This document shows positions 46,367 through 54,665 of a stretch of DNA of 64,000 nucleotides, piece after piece; position 1 is the stretch's first letter, and each line of letters begins with the position of its first letter. Source of the stretch: a virus (Duplodnaviria; Heunggongvirae; Uroviricota; Caudoviricetes); the IMG/VR virus record IMGVR_UViG_3300017938_000005, one strand, 5' to 3'. Both the position numbers and the translations under genes were made by a program. The notes below the pieces were generated by a model. The model ran no database searches and was not told where the DNA came from. It saw nothing but the letters and a program-made list of their open reading frames with translations.

Positions 46367-46800
46367 GTCGAAGCTCCGAGCATCCCGCGGATGAAGACGA
46401 AAGCGTCGTCGTGATCCGTGAAGCGATCGTCGGCGAGGTCGGCGAAGATGCAGCGCGTGGAAGCGCCGGAGACCACGATCCTCGGACGCTTCGCGGCGTG
46501 CTTCGAGTTTTCGGCCTCCTTCAGCGCCAAGGCGTAACCGAGTTCGACCCACGCCCCGGTGCTCGCGTTTTCGGGCTGAATGAGCCACACGACGTCGGCC
46601 GTCTCTACCCCACGAAGATCGGCCTTCGCGGCAGACGTCCGAATCCTCGGGTCATCCGGCGAAGCATTCCCCGCGCTCCGAACGTCCTTGGTCCAGTCGT
46701 GCGTGATCTCGAACCCTGCGGCCCTCGCGTCAGCGATCCTGCGCTCTGCTTCCTCGAGCGGGTTCGAGGCGGTGGCGATGTAAAGTCGAAGCTTGTTCAT
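46363..46800 (-). CDS. nucleoside 2-deoxyribosyltransferase-like (dNMP glycosidase fold)
   Basis: LYIAT..GFEITHDW..DLRGVETADVV..STGAWVELGYALAL. Confidence 0.85.
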   Translation of the reverse strand: MNKLRLYIATASNPLEEAERRIADARAAGFEITHDWTKDVRSAGNASPDDPRIRTSAAKADLRGVETADVVWLIQPENASTGAWVELGYALALKEAENSKHAAKRPRIVVSGASTRCIFADLADDRFTDHDDAFVFIRGMLGAST

Positions 46801-46817
46801 TCTCTCCTCCTTCATAG

Positions 46818-46857
46818 AAAAAAGCGGGCGCCCGAAGTCTCCTTCCAGCGCCCGCTT
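46818..46857 (-). terminator. Rho-independent terminator
   Basis: GCGGGCGC / GCGCCCGC stem followed by TTTTTT on minus strand, downstream of 46884 gene. Confidence 0.8.
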
Positions 46858-46883
46858 CCTTCATCGTTCCTCGATCTGACTTC

Positions 46884-47432
46884 TCAGGAAGCCGTCTCGA
46901 CCTGGAACTTCTCCTCGGGGGCCATGCCGCCGCCCGCCGCGTCGCTCGTGTCCTCTTCCTCGTGGACCTCGACGTGGCGAACCGCGCCGTTCGACATCTG
47001 GATCTTGAGTTCCAGCATCGAGCGGCCCTTGCCGATCGGGCGGCGCGCACCCGGGTGGGTGATGTACGCCTTGAAGCCCGCCTTGTTCGGCCACATGCCT
47101 TCGAGCTGCTTCCACTCGGGGACACCGATGGTCGTGCCCTTGGGCGCCTTGACGATGTCGCCCTTCGCGCCCTTGAGCTTCTCCGAGCCGCCGTTCTTGA
47201 CGAACTCGCAGTCCTCGAGCAGCTCGAAGACGAGCGAGTTCGACTGGAGCTTGTCGCTCCGGTCCTTGTTGATGAAGTTCACGAGGATGCCCTTCATCAC
47301 GTACGTGCCGGCTTCCTCGGGCGGGCTCCACCATCCGTCGACGCTGCCGCCGAACTTGCCCGTCCACTCGCTCATTCCTTCTTCCGCGGCCGGCGCCTGC
47401 GCCGGTGCGTTCTTCACGTTGTCTTTGGCCAT
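46884..47432 (-). CDS. putative ssDNA-binding protein (beta-rich core, acidic tail)
   Basis: Beta-strand-rich core, acidic EEEDTSD tail, own terminator, helicase neighbourhood; function inferred. Confidence 0.6.
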   Translation of the reverse strand: MAKDNVKNAPAQAPAAEEGMSEWTGKFGGSVDGWWSPPEEAGTYVMKGILVNFINKDRSDKLQSNSLVFELLEDCEFVKNGGSEKLKGAKGDIVKAPKGTTIGVPEWKQLEGMWPNKAGFKAYITHPGARRPIGKGRSMLELKIQMSNGAVRHVEVHEEEDTSDAAGGGMAPEEKFQVETAS

Positions 47433-47455
47433 AGCAATTGCTCCTGTTGTTTTTT

Positions 47456-47483
47456 CCACGAACCACGAACCACGAACCACGAA
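47456..47483. repeat. 7-bp tandem repeat (CCACGAA)4
   Basis: Read directly in 5' UTR of 47432 gene. Confidence 0.95.
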
Positions 47484-47526
47484 CCCACCCCGGCACAAAA
47501 GTGCCAAGGCAGAACTTTAGGAATCT

Positions 47527-47738
47527 AAAAAATCCGGGAAGCGGAAGGCTTCCGATCAAACGAGCGCGAGAGCTTTGTTCACCGCTCTACGCTTCACCCT
47601 TGAATCCTCGAAGCTCATCGCTGCCACTGTCTGAGCGCTGACCGCGGGTGTCCGTACCGAATAGGCGAGGGAAGGCTTGCGCCGTCCTGAATTGATGCTC
47701 CTATCGCCCGTCCTCTCTTCCACCTTCCGCCCCCGGAA
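47527..47738 (-). ncRNA. putative structured ncRNA downstream of coiled-coil gene
   Basis: About 15-bp closing stem (47723-47737 with 47533-47548) followed by U6, inner hairpin (47663-47709), AG-periodic 7-nt tract; no ORF. Confidence 0.6.
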
Positions 47739-47754
47739 CTTGCCACCGCCTCCC

Positions 47755-48267
47755 TCACACGGGCGTGCGGTGATTCATCGTCTCCACGAGGTCGTTCAGC
47801 TCGGCGAACTTCGCCTGGAGCGCCGCGACCCTCTCGGCCCTCTTCGCCTCGGGCAAGTGGCACGTGTACTCCACCTCCACGCTCACGTTGTCCGCGAGCT
47901 TCGAGTTCCACACGCTCTCCTCCTCGACCGTCTTGTCCTGCGCGCGGACGGGCAGGGCCTCGTGCCACGCGATGGCGCCCTTCAGCTCCGCGAGCCTCTT
48001 CGTGCACCAGGTGAGCGGCCTCGACTTGCCCTCAAAGTCGACGGTCGCCTTCGTGTTCGCGACGGCCACGCGCGTCTGGAGATCGATCATCTCCGAGACG
48101 AACTGCTGCGAAAGCTCCAGCTCCGTGGAGAAGACGTACGCGGGCACGCTCTTCGTCTTGTGCGTCACGCTCGACTGGGCGTTCTGCGCGTGCTTCGCGA
48201 TCTTGCCCTTGATGTCTTTGATGCGCCGAAGCGCCTGCGCGATCGTCAGTTCTCTGATCTCACCCAT
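47755..48267 (-). CDS. all-helical coiled-coil protein (DIP1984/DUF6847-like, tentative)
   Basis: LTIAQALRRIKDIKGKI start and LNDLVETMNHRTPV end; family assignment from memory. Confidence 0.8.
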   Translation of the reverse strand: MGEIRELTIAQALRRIKDIKGKIAKHAQNAQSSVTHKTKSVPAYVFSTELELSQQFVSEMIDLQTRVAVANTKATVDFEGKSRPLTWCTKRLAELKGAIAWHEALPVRAQDKTVEEESVWNSKLADNVSVEVEYTCHLPEAKRAERVAALQAKFAELNDLVETMNHRTPV

Positions 48268-48452
48268 CGGGCACACCTTTCCCCGTGAGCCGCCCCGCCG
48301 GCACCCCGGCGTTCGGACGGACATCTTCCTTCGGAGGACAGTCTCACGAGGGAACGCTCGTTCGACCTTCTCCTTCAGGTTGCCGGCTTCCAGGCACCTA
48401 GCCCTGGCGTCAGCTCGTCGAGTCGCCTCGACTCGGGATGCAATAGTGGGCT

Positions 48453-48600
48453 GCGACCGGGACGGTCAACCGAAAAAATCGAGCGGCATGACGCGGCAAT
48501 GATGCATGAGCGCGATCAGAAATGTACTTGCCGAAAGTTGCGCTCGGAAAGTTGATGTGACACTTCGACGTACGATTTTTCTCCGTCGCAGTCCGGTCGC
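48453..48600 (-). ncRNA. putative structured ncRNA upstream of coiled-coil gene
   Basis: Three-segment stem GCGACCGG/CCGGTCGC, GACGG/CCGTC, GAAAAAATCG/CGATTTTTC enclosing a 14-nt-periodic tract. Confidence 0.55.
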
Positions 48601-48608
48601 GACCCGGA

Positions 48609-49430
48609 TCAGCGCACGTTCGAAATCAGAACCTCGCCGACCTTCACACGCGACGCTTTTTTCGCGGCGATCGCGTGCGTCACCGAGACGCTCTCGATCC
48701 CGAACTCTTTGTAGAGTGCACGGATCGTTTCGCTGTCGCCCTGGCTCGCGATGAACTTCGCGCCGCGACGGTCTGCCGTCACGAGCGCCGCTGCGAGCCG
48801 CTCGTGCTCTTTCAGCGCGAAGCGATCCGCCGTGTACGAGGTGAAGTCGGCGGTCTTCGAGCGCGGCAGGTACGGCGGGTCCACGTAGATGAAGTCGCCC
48901 CTCTTCGCGGCGAGGATGCGCGGCTCGAAGTCCTCGGAGCGGAGCGTCACGCCCGCGAGTGCCGCGTGCCATGCGGCGACGACGTCGGGCTCCACGATGA
49001 CCGGGTTCTTGTAGTCTCCGATGGGGACGTTGAAGTGCCCGGCGCGATTCACGCGATAGAGGCCGTTAAAACAGGTTTTATTGAGGTAACAAAAACGCAC
49101 AGCGCGCGCGAGCGGCTCCGTTTCTTCCTTGGCCCTCACCTTGTAGTACGTCTCCTTCGAGTGCTTGATCTCGAGGAGCTTCTTCACGAAGTCCGTGGCC
49201 CCGTCCTGCACCACCGCGTACGCGTTCATCAGCTCCGCGTTCACGTCGTTCAGGACTGCATAGCCCACCTGGTGCGCACGCGAGAGCTTGCCGGCCGCAT
49301 GGAGCGCCATGAACACGGCGCCGCCGCCAACGAAAGGCTCGTGATACGAGCCCTCGAACACGGGAACGCGCGCGAGGATGGTCGGCACGAGCTTCGTCTT
49401 ACCGCCGGCCCATTTAAGAAAAGGCTTCAT
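48609..49430 (-). CDS. dam: Dam-family (D12 class) N6-adenine DNA methyltransferase
   Basis: PFLKWAGGK, YHEPFVGGGAV, NKTCFNGLYRVN..GHFNVPIG, YVDPPY. Confidence 0.93.
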   Translation of the reverse strand: MKPFLKWAGGKTKLVPTILARVPVFEGSYHEPFVGGGAVFMALHAAGKLSRAHQVGYAVLNDVNAELMNAYAVVQDGATDFVKKLLEIKHSKETYYKVRAKEETEPLARAVRFCYLNKTCFNGLYRVNRAGHFNVPIGDYKNPVIVEPDVVAAWHAALAGVTLRSEDFEPRILAAKRGDFIYVDPPYLPRSKTADFTSYTADRFALKEHERLAAALVTADRRGAKFIASQGDSETIRALYKEFGIESVSVTHAIAAKKASRVKVGEVLISNVR

Positions 49431-49759
49431 TCCTGCTCCACGGCTCGCGCTGTCCCGTCGTCTACCATCTTCCGGAGCCCGCGCTCGAACTCCGAGCGGA
49501 CGCGCTCCGCGACGCTCGAGAAGCTCGCATCCACCCGCCCGCACGCGAAAGCTGCGATGGAGATCCACTCGCCGGCGAGCCAGAACACGATGGCCTGCCT
49601 CTCGCGCTCGTCCGGATCGCGGCCTACCCTCGCCTTGAAATCGTCGAAGAGAGAACGCAGCTCGCTTTTGAAAGCGTGGCTGGGATCCGACTGCCTCGCC
49701 TTCATGAGCATGTCAATCTCCGAAAGCGCACCCGAATCCGCGTTCATCTGCGCGCTCAC
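49427..49759 (-). CDS. hypothetical protein
   Basis: GTGA-coupled start. Confidence 0.55.
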   Translation of the reverse strand: MSAQMNADSGALSEIDMLMKARQSDPSHAFKSELRSLFDDFKARVGRDPDERERQAIVFWLAGEWISIAAFACGRVDASFSSVAERVRSEFERGLRKMVDDGTARAVEQE

Positions 49760-50325
49760 TTCTTCGACCCATCCTTGCCGCCTTCTTTGCCGCCTTCCTC
49801 GTCGCCCTTCTCCTCGCCGGGCGGCAAGAGGAGCTTGAGCAAACGATCGTTGTGCGACGTGAGCACCGGCGAGAGATTTTCGACCCACGTCTTCAACTTC
49901 TTGTTCTTCATCTTCTTCGGGTCGACGAGCGCGCGCTTCTCGATGAGCTTTCGGCCCGAGCGCTCGTGCTGCTTGGCGGCGCGCGTGAGCGTCGTGTTCG
50001 CGAAGTCGTCGTCGCTGAACGTCGCGCGCACGCCGAGGCCGGCGATGTTGTCGAGCCCGCGCTTGTAGTCGCGCTCGAGCACGAGACGGATCTGCGAGGC
50101 GCGCTTGCGCATGTCGATCACGATCTTCGAGTCGGCGCTCGGCATCCGCGCGATGCCGAGAATCTTCTTCGTCATCATCGGCCAAGGGATCGGCGCGCCG
50201 GGCTTGCGCTCCGCCGCGTAGTTGAGGAGCGACGCCCCGCGACTCGCGAGCCCCGTGTCGTCGGGACTCGGCTCCCACTCTTCGAGGATGCTCATGAGGT
50301 CGTGTTTGTCGTGCTTGGAAGCCAT
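49756..50325 (-). CDS. hypothetical basic protein
   Basis: MASKHDK..; GGAG RBS. Confidence 0.75.
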   Translation of the reverse strand: MASKHDKHDLMSILEEWEPSPDDTGLASRGASLLNYAAERKPGAPIPWPMMTKKILGIARMPSADSKIVIDMRKRASQIRLVLERDYKRGLDNIAGLGVRATFSDDDFANTTLTRAAKQHERSGRKLIEKRALVDPKKMKNKKLKTWVENLSPVLTSHNDRLLKLLLPPGEEKGDEEGGKEGGKDGSKK

Positions 50326-50330
50326 GCGTG

Positions 50331-51200
50331 TCACTCCTTCTCTCCGTTACCGTTACCGTTCCCATTTCCGTTCCTGCTACCGAGGCTGTCGTTGTAGGCG
50401 ACGATGGCCTCATAGGCGTCGTTGATGGCCTGGAACGCTTCGACCCCGCTGTCGTCGCCGATCACGTCCGGATGAATCTTCCTCAGCGCCGCGCGCTGGT
50501 TCTTCCGTGCACGGGCCTGGTCCGCGGGCCTGCCCCACACCGGCCTCGGGATCCCGAGTAAGTCGCACGCGTTCCTCAGACCGCTCTTGTCGGGCGGCTG
50601 GTTCGAGAAACGGTTCGAGAACGTCGTGAGGAGCAGCTCGACCTCGCGCATCGCCTCCATGGCCCACGCCGCAGCGCGCTCGTCGTTCTTCGGCAAACGC
50701 GAGGCGATCCAAGCAGCGATGGCCTCACGCACGATCGTCTTGTGGCGTCCAGACGGGGTCTTCTTGGCCGACTCCTCGCCGCTCGCGATGCGCTTCGAGC
50801 GCCCGAAGGTCGACGAGGCCCGGTACACCTTGCCAGCCGCCGTTGTCCGGATGTGGCCCTCGCTGTCGTACCGGATGAGCCGTTCACGGATGACGTCGTC
50901 CTGGGTCACGCCTTCGCCTTTGCCGTTCTTCTCACGCCAGACGCGCGCGCACTCGGCGAAAAGCGTGACGGCCGTCACGAGCGGCATCCCATCCTCGACA
51001 CGCGCCCAGAAGATGTCCGCAGCATCGCCTGCTGCGAGGAGCCGGCAGCGATGCCGCACGTTGTTCACCATCACGTCCGGATGACGCATGTGGATGAAAG
51101 CCCCGATACCCGCCTTTCCGCACGCCTTACGCTCCTCCGGCTTCGCCGCGTCGTACTCCTTGCGCTCGGCGAGCGCGAGCTTCTTCATCGGCGTCATCAT
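50331..51200 (-). CDS. C-terminal J-domain (DnaJ-type, HPD motif) protein
   Basis: ACDLLGI..ALRKIHPDV..EAFQAINDAYEAI. Confidence 0.82.
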   Translation of the reverse strand: MMTPMKKLALAERKEYDAAKPEERKACGKAGIGAFIHMRHPDVMVNNVRHRCRLLAAGDAADIFWARVEDGMPLVTAVTLFAECARVWREKNGKGEGVTQDDVIRERLIRYDSEGHIRTTAAGKVYRASSTFGRSKRIASGEESAKKTPSGRHKTIVREAIAAWIASRLPKNDERAAAWAMEAMREVELLLTTFSNRFSNQPPDKSGLRNACDLLGIPRPVWGRPADQARARKNQRAALRKIHPDVIGDDSGVEAFQAINDAYEAIVAYNDSLGSRNGNGNGNGNGEKE

Positions 51201-52777
51201 GACTCTTCTTCCTCCGCACCCTTGTCACCGTCGCTGTCGCCGTCGTCCACATCGAAAGCCGTGTTCTTGATGATGCCCGCGCCGAGCGAGGACACGCGCC
51301 CCTTGATCGCCTTCGAGGCAGTCTCCAAGGTGTCGATCGCGCCCTCGGCCCTCCTGCGAATCTCCTCCGGCGACGCACCCGCCGCCGCGCTGCGCTGCAC
51401 GCTGACCTCTACCATCGCACTGCAAACGGCGCGCGTCGCACGCAGAATGTCCTGCACGCCCTCGGTCACGCGCACGAAGGTCTCGTTCGTCGCCGAGCCC
51501 TGCTTCTTGTACTCCTCGAGCCTCGAGATGAAGCCCTTATCGAACTCGTCGATCGACTCGAGCAGCGCCTCCACGTCTTCGCGCACGCTCGAGAAGTCCT
51601 CCCTCACGCCGGAGAAGTCCTCCCTCAAGCCAGCCAGATCCTCCTTGAAGCCGCTCAAGTCCGGCGTCTTCGCGACAGCCGTGGCCACACGTTTGTCGAG
51701 CGCACCGAGACGCTTGTCGAAGGTCTCGGCAGCCGCCTCGAGAAGATCCTCTTGGTCGCCCCTCAGGTCGTCCGCGAGCTGCTGAATGCGTCCCGAGATG
51801 AAGACTTCGAGTTCCTCATGCGATTTTCCGCGCTTCGCGAGTACCGCAACTTCGGATCCGATCCCGCCGACCGACGCCAAGAGCTTCTCGCCCCACGCCT
51901 GCCGGCGCTGCTCCTCCTCGTCGAGCTTCGAATGCACGGAACGAATGGATTCGAGAAAATTGGCGCCGACGTGAAGGAGCTTCGTCTTCTCCGAAACGAT
52001 CGCTTGCACGATTTCTGCCGAGACGCGCCCGAGATCTTCACGCGTCACGCTCGGCACGCTCGTCACGCTCGACCGGCTCGAAGCCTCGATCCTTTGTGCG
52101 ACCTCGAGCACGAAATCCGACTGCGCCTTGACCTCGGCCTTGAGGGAAGTGATCTCGGTCTTCAAGTCACCGAATTGCGTGCTCACCTTCTCGAGCACAC
52201 CGATCATGAGATCCCAACGTCGCTCGCGTTCGACCTCGATGCCCGTGCTCCTATCCTTCTCCCTGTCCTCGGAGGCAGGCCCTTGCTCTTCCTGTCCTCC
52301 CACAGAAGTTTCGTCTTCAGCGTCCTCCTCTTCCGCGTCCTCCTCTTCCGCGTCCTGCTCTTCCGCGTCCTCCTCCTTCGGAGGAGGCGCCCGGAGAGCT
52401 TCGGGCCGAAACCAATCCGAGGGATAGCTCTCGGAAGCCGTGTTCCGCTTCGCCTTCACGTAGAACGACGCGAGGACTGGATCGCTCGCGATTCGCTCGA
52501 GCGCTTCGCGACCCGCAGGCAGGAGCGTGTAGTTCCGATGCTTGCCGACCCCGCGCCCCAGGATTCTGCACGAGAGATAGGCCGCCTTCCACCAGGCCCA
52601 CGCGAGCTGCGCACGCCAGATGTACTCCGTTGATCCCGAGAGCGCCCTCGGCACGTCGGACGGGAAGACCTCCATCGAGCCGAAACCGGACTCGCCTCGC
52701 GAGACCTTGTCGAGCACGTGCCGCGCGGCGCGTTGCACGGTCGAGAGGCGTTCGGTTTCAACGGAAGGACGAAGCAC
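51197..52777 (-). CDS. long coiled-coil protein with acidic EEDAE repeats
   Basis: 526 aa, extended heptads; 15-bp repeats around 52320-52376. Confidence 0.8.
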   Translation of the reverse strand: MLRPSVETERLSTVQRAARHVLDKVSRGESGFGSMEVFPSDVPRALSGSTEYIWRAQLAWAWWKAAYLSCRILGRGVGKHRNYTLLPAGREALERIASDPVLASFYVKAKRNTASESYPSDWFRPEALRAPPPKEEDAEEQDAEEEDAEEEDAEDETSVGGQEEQGPASEDREKDRSTGIEVERERRWDLMIGVLEKVSTQFGDLKTEITSLKAEVKAQSDFVLEVAQRIEASSRSSVTSVPSVTREDLGRVSAEIVQAIVSEKTKLLHVGANFLESIRSVHSKLDEEEQRRQAWGEKLLASVGGIGSEVAVLAKRGKSHEELEVFISGRIQQLADDLRGDQEDLLEAAAETFDKRLGALDKRVATAVAKTPDLSGFKEDLAGLREDFSGVREDFSSVREDVEALLESIDEFDKGFISRLEEYKKQGSATNETFVRVTEGVQDILRATRAVCSAMVEVSVQRSAAAGASPEEIRRRAEGAIDTLETASKAIKGRVSSLGAGIIKNTAFDVDDGDSDGDKGAEEEES

Positions 52778-52788
52778 GGAACTGCCCC

Positions 52789-53598
52789 TCAGGAGAAGCT
52801 CGGAACCTTGAGGAGGCGATCGATCGCAGTGATCGCTTCCGTCGCCTGACGGACCTGGTCGGCCGCCGCCTGCCGCGCTGCGCGAAGCTCCGCGTACATC
52901 GCGTCGCTCATCTTCTCGGGCTTGGGAAGCACGATCAGCATCGCATCGCTCACCTGCGCAGTCGCCGCCGATGCAACCGACGCAGCCGACGCGGCACCGT
53001 TCATCGGGCGCCCGAAGCTCGTCAAATCGAGCTGTCCAGGCCCTGCGGCAGTCGGCACGCTCGCACCCCTTTTGGCGCTGAGCTTGCTGCGCGCTTCGTA
53101 CCCCGCACGGGCACGATCCGCGACCGTGTAGAGGGCACCGCGCGAACGACTCGCCGGAACAGGCTGAAACGTGTCGTAGTCGACGCGAACGAGGACGCCG
53201 CGCTTGTTGCAGAGATCGTAGAGCGCCGCGGAGAGCTGGCTCGTGAGCGCGTCGCCCGTGAGCTTGGAGTCCGCTTCGAGGTGCCGGGCAAGCTCGCCGT
53301 AGGGCATGGGCTTGTCCATCAGCCGGCGGAAGATCATGTCGGGGAGCGATCCCTCGCGCGGCAGGTACCCGGGACGCTCGGCTGAGAACGTCGCGGCGAC
53401 GGCGCCCGGCGTCTTCAAGCCCGGCGCCACGGTCACGGCGACCTTTGCAGCCGCCTTCGCTCCACCCTTCTTCGCCCGCTTCGCCGCGACCGCGACCGGC
53501 TTCGCGACGGTCTTCGCCTTTTTCGCAACGGCCTTCGCCTTTTTCGCAACGGTCTTCGTGTTCTTCGAGCCGTGCACCTTCACCTTCTTGCTGCCCAT
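52789..53598 (-). CDS. H1-like Lys/Ala-rich N-tail plus winged-helix DNA-binding protein
   Basis: VAKKAKAVAKKAK.. then LPDMIFRRL..MPYGELARHL..LSAALYDLCNKRGVLVRV. Confidence 0.75.
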   Translation of the reverse strand: MGSKKVKVHGSKNTKTVAKKAKAVAKKAKTVAKPVAVAAKRAKKGGAKAAAKVAVTVAPGLKTPGAVAATFSAERPGYLPREGSLPDMIFRRLMDKPMPYGELARHLEADSKLTGDALTSQLSAALYDLCNKRGVLVRVDYDTFQPVPASRSRGALYTVADRARAGYEARSKLSAKRGASVPTAAGPGQLDLTSFGRPMNGAASAASVASAATAQVSDAMLIVLPKPEKMSDAMYAELRAARQAAADQVRQATEAITAIDRLLKVPSFS

Positions 53599-53687
53599 CG
53601 ACTTATCACTTTCGCTTGCGGTCGCCCCCGGAACAGGACCCGTCGCGCACCTATGGCGCGGGTCCTTCCTCGATCCGGGAAACGAGC

Positions 53688-53749
53688 CTCTCACACGCAG
53701 ACTCTCACACGCAGAGGATGACTTAGCAGATCAAGTCATCATTCGTCAA
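53688..53749 (-). promoter_or_regulatory. promoter region: TTGACG-N17-CTAAGT overlapped by GATGACTT-N8-AAGTCATC dyad, then 14-bp tandem duplication
   Basis: Dyad 53717-53740; CTCTCACACGCAGA x2 at 53688-53715; -35 at 53744-53749. Confidence 0.55.
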
Positions 53750-53823
53750 ACAAATTGGGAACCACTCAATGGGTATTCGTCTGACGACCTCTTCTGTCAA
53801 GAGTGCCGCTCGCAGAATCGATC

Positions 53824-54147
53824 TCAACCGCCCTCACGCACGCGGCGCGCGGCGCTCGGCTTCACCACGAGCCGGCATATCGGCGCCCCCGCCCCGGTCT
53901 GCACGTGCGCCCTCGGCCGCGGGAGCATCCCCTTGCCGTCCGGGCCAGGAAGCATGACGTAACTCCACGACACGCGGTCCGATTCCCTCGGGCATGCCAT
54001 CCCGAAGACCTTGAGCGCGTGCGCGACTTCTCCCCGCGTCGCGTTGTCGGGAAGGAGCACGATGCCGCAATAAAACCAACTCTCGCGTCGCGCGTCGAAC
54101 TCCTCGACGTGGAACAGGTACAGCTTCCGGTTAGGACGCCACGTCAT
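53824..54147 (-). CDS. hypothetical protein
   Basis: MTWRPNRKLYLF.. Confidence 0.6.
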   Translation of the reverse strand: MTWRPNRKLYLFHVEEFDARRESWFYCGIVLLPDNATRGEVAHALKVFGMACPRESDRVSWSYVMLPGPDGKGMLPRPRAHVQTGAGAPICRLVVKPSAARRVREGG

Positions 54148-54175
54148 GTCCGCTGTCCCGAAGGATACCCCACGC

Positions 54176-54457
54176 TCACCGGCGCCTCCTTCTCTTTCCC
54201 GGCGCTTTCGCAGGCTCGCTGCCCGCGAACCCGCTCGCCCCATCCCAGCTCGTCCTCGAAAGCCAACCGACGAGGGCGAGGCCGAGTGACGACGATGTCT
54301 CGGGGCTGTCCATCTCGAGCGCGATGATCTGGTGGCCCTCTTCCTTCGAGATCGAGACCGACACGCTAGCGTCGCCTTCGACCTCGAGAATCAGGTATCG
54401 GGCGTTCGCCCTGGGCGAGAGGGTAACCTTGCTCACGCGCGTTTCACCCGCTGTCAC
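54176..54457 (-). CDS. hypothetical protein
   Basis: Track ORF. Confidence 0.6.
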   Translation of the reverse strand: MTAGETRVSKVTLSPRANARYLILEVEGDASVSVSISKEEGHQIIALEMDSPETSSSLGLALVGWLSRTSWDGASGFAGSEPAKAPGKRRRRR

Positions 54458-54665
54458 GCTCTTCCTTGTTCAACTGCCTCACGGCCTCGCGGGCTTCGGA
54501 TCGCTTGCTCCATGACGCGACGAGCTGAGTCTTTCCTTTCCCTTCTCCTTGCCCACCGAAGTCCATCCTCTCATACACGCCCCACTTGAGCGAACCCAAA
54601 GCGCCTGCGATCTTGTCGACGAAGAACGGGACTCTTTTCTCCATGACTCGACGCGCACTTGTCAT
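54444..54665 (-). CDS. hypothetical protein
   Basis: MTSARRV..; coupled. Confidence 0.55.
   Translation of the reverse strand: MTSARRVMEKRVPFFVDKIAGALGSLKWGVYERMDFGGQGEGKGKTQLVASWSKRSEAREAVRQLNKEERDSG

Noticed and set aside
48300-48440. Resemblance of GAGACTG..CCGAAGG to a glycine riboswitch
   Set aside because: Lacks the conserved CTCTCAGG and tandem aptamer arrangement; kept only as an unassigned structured leader
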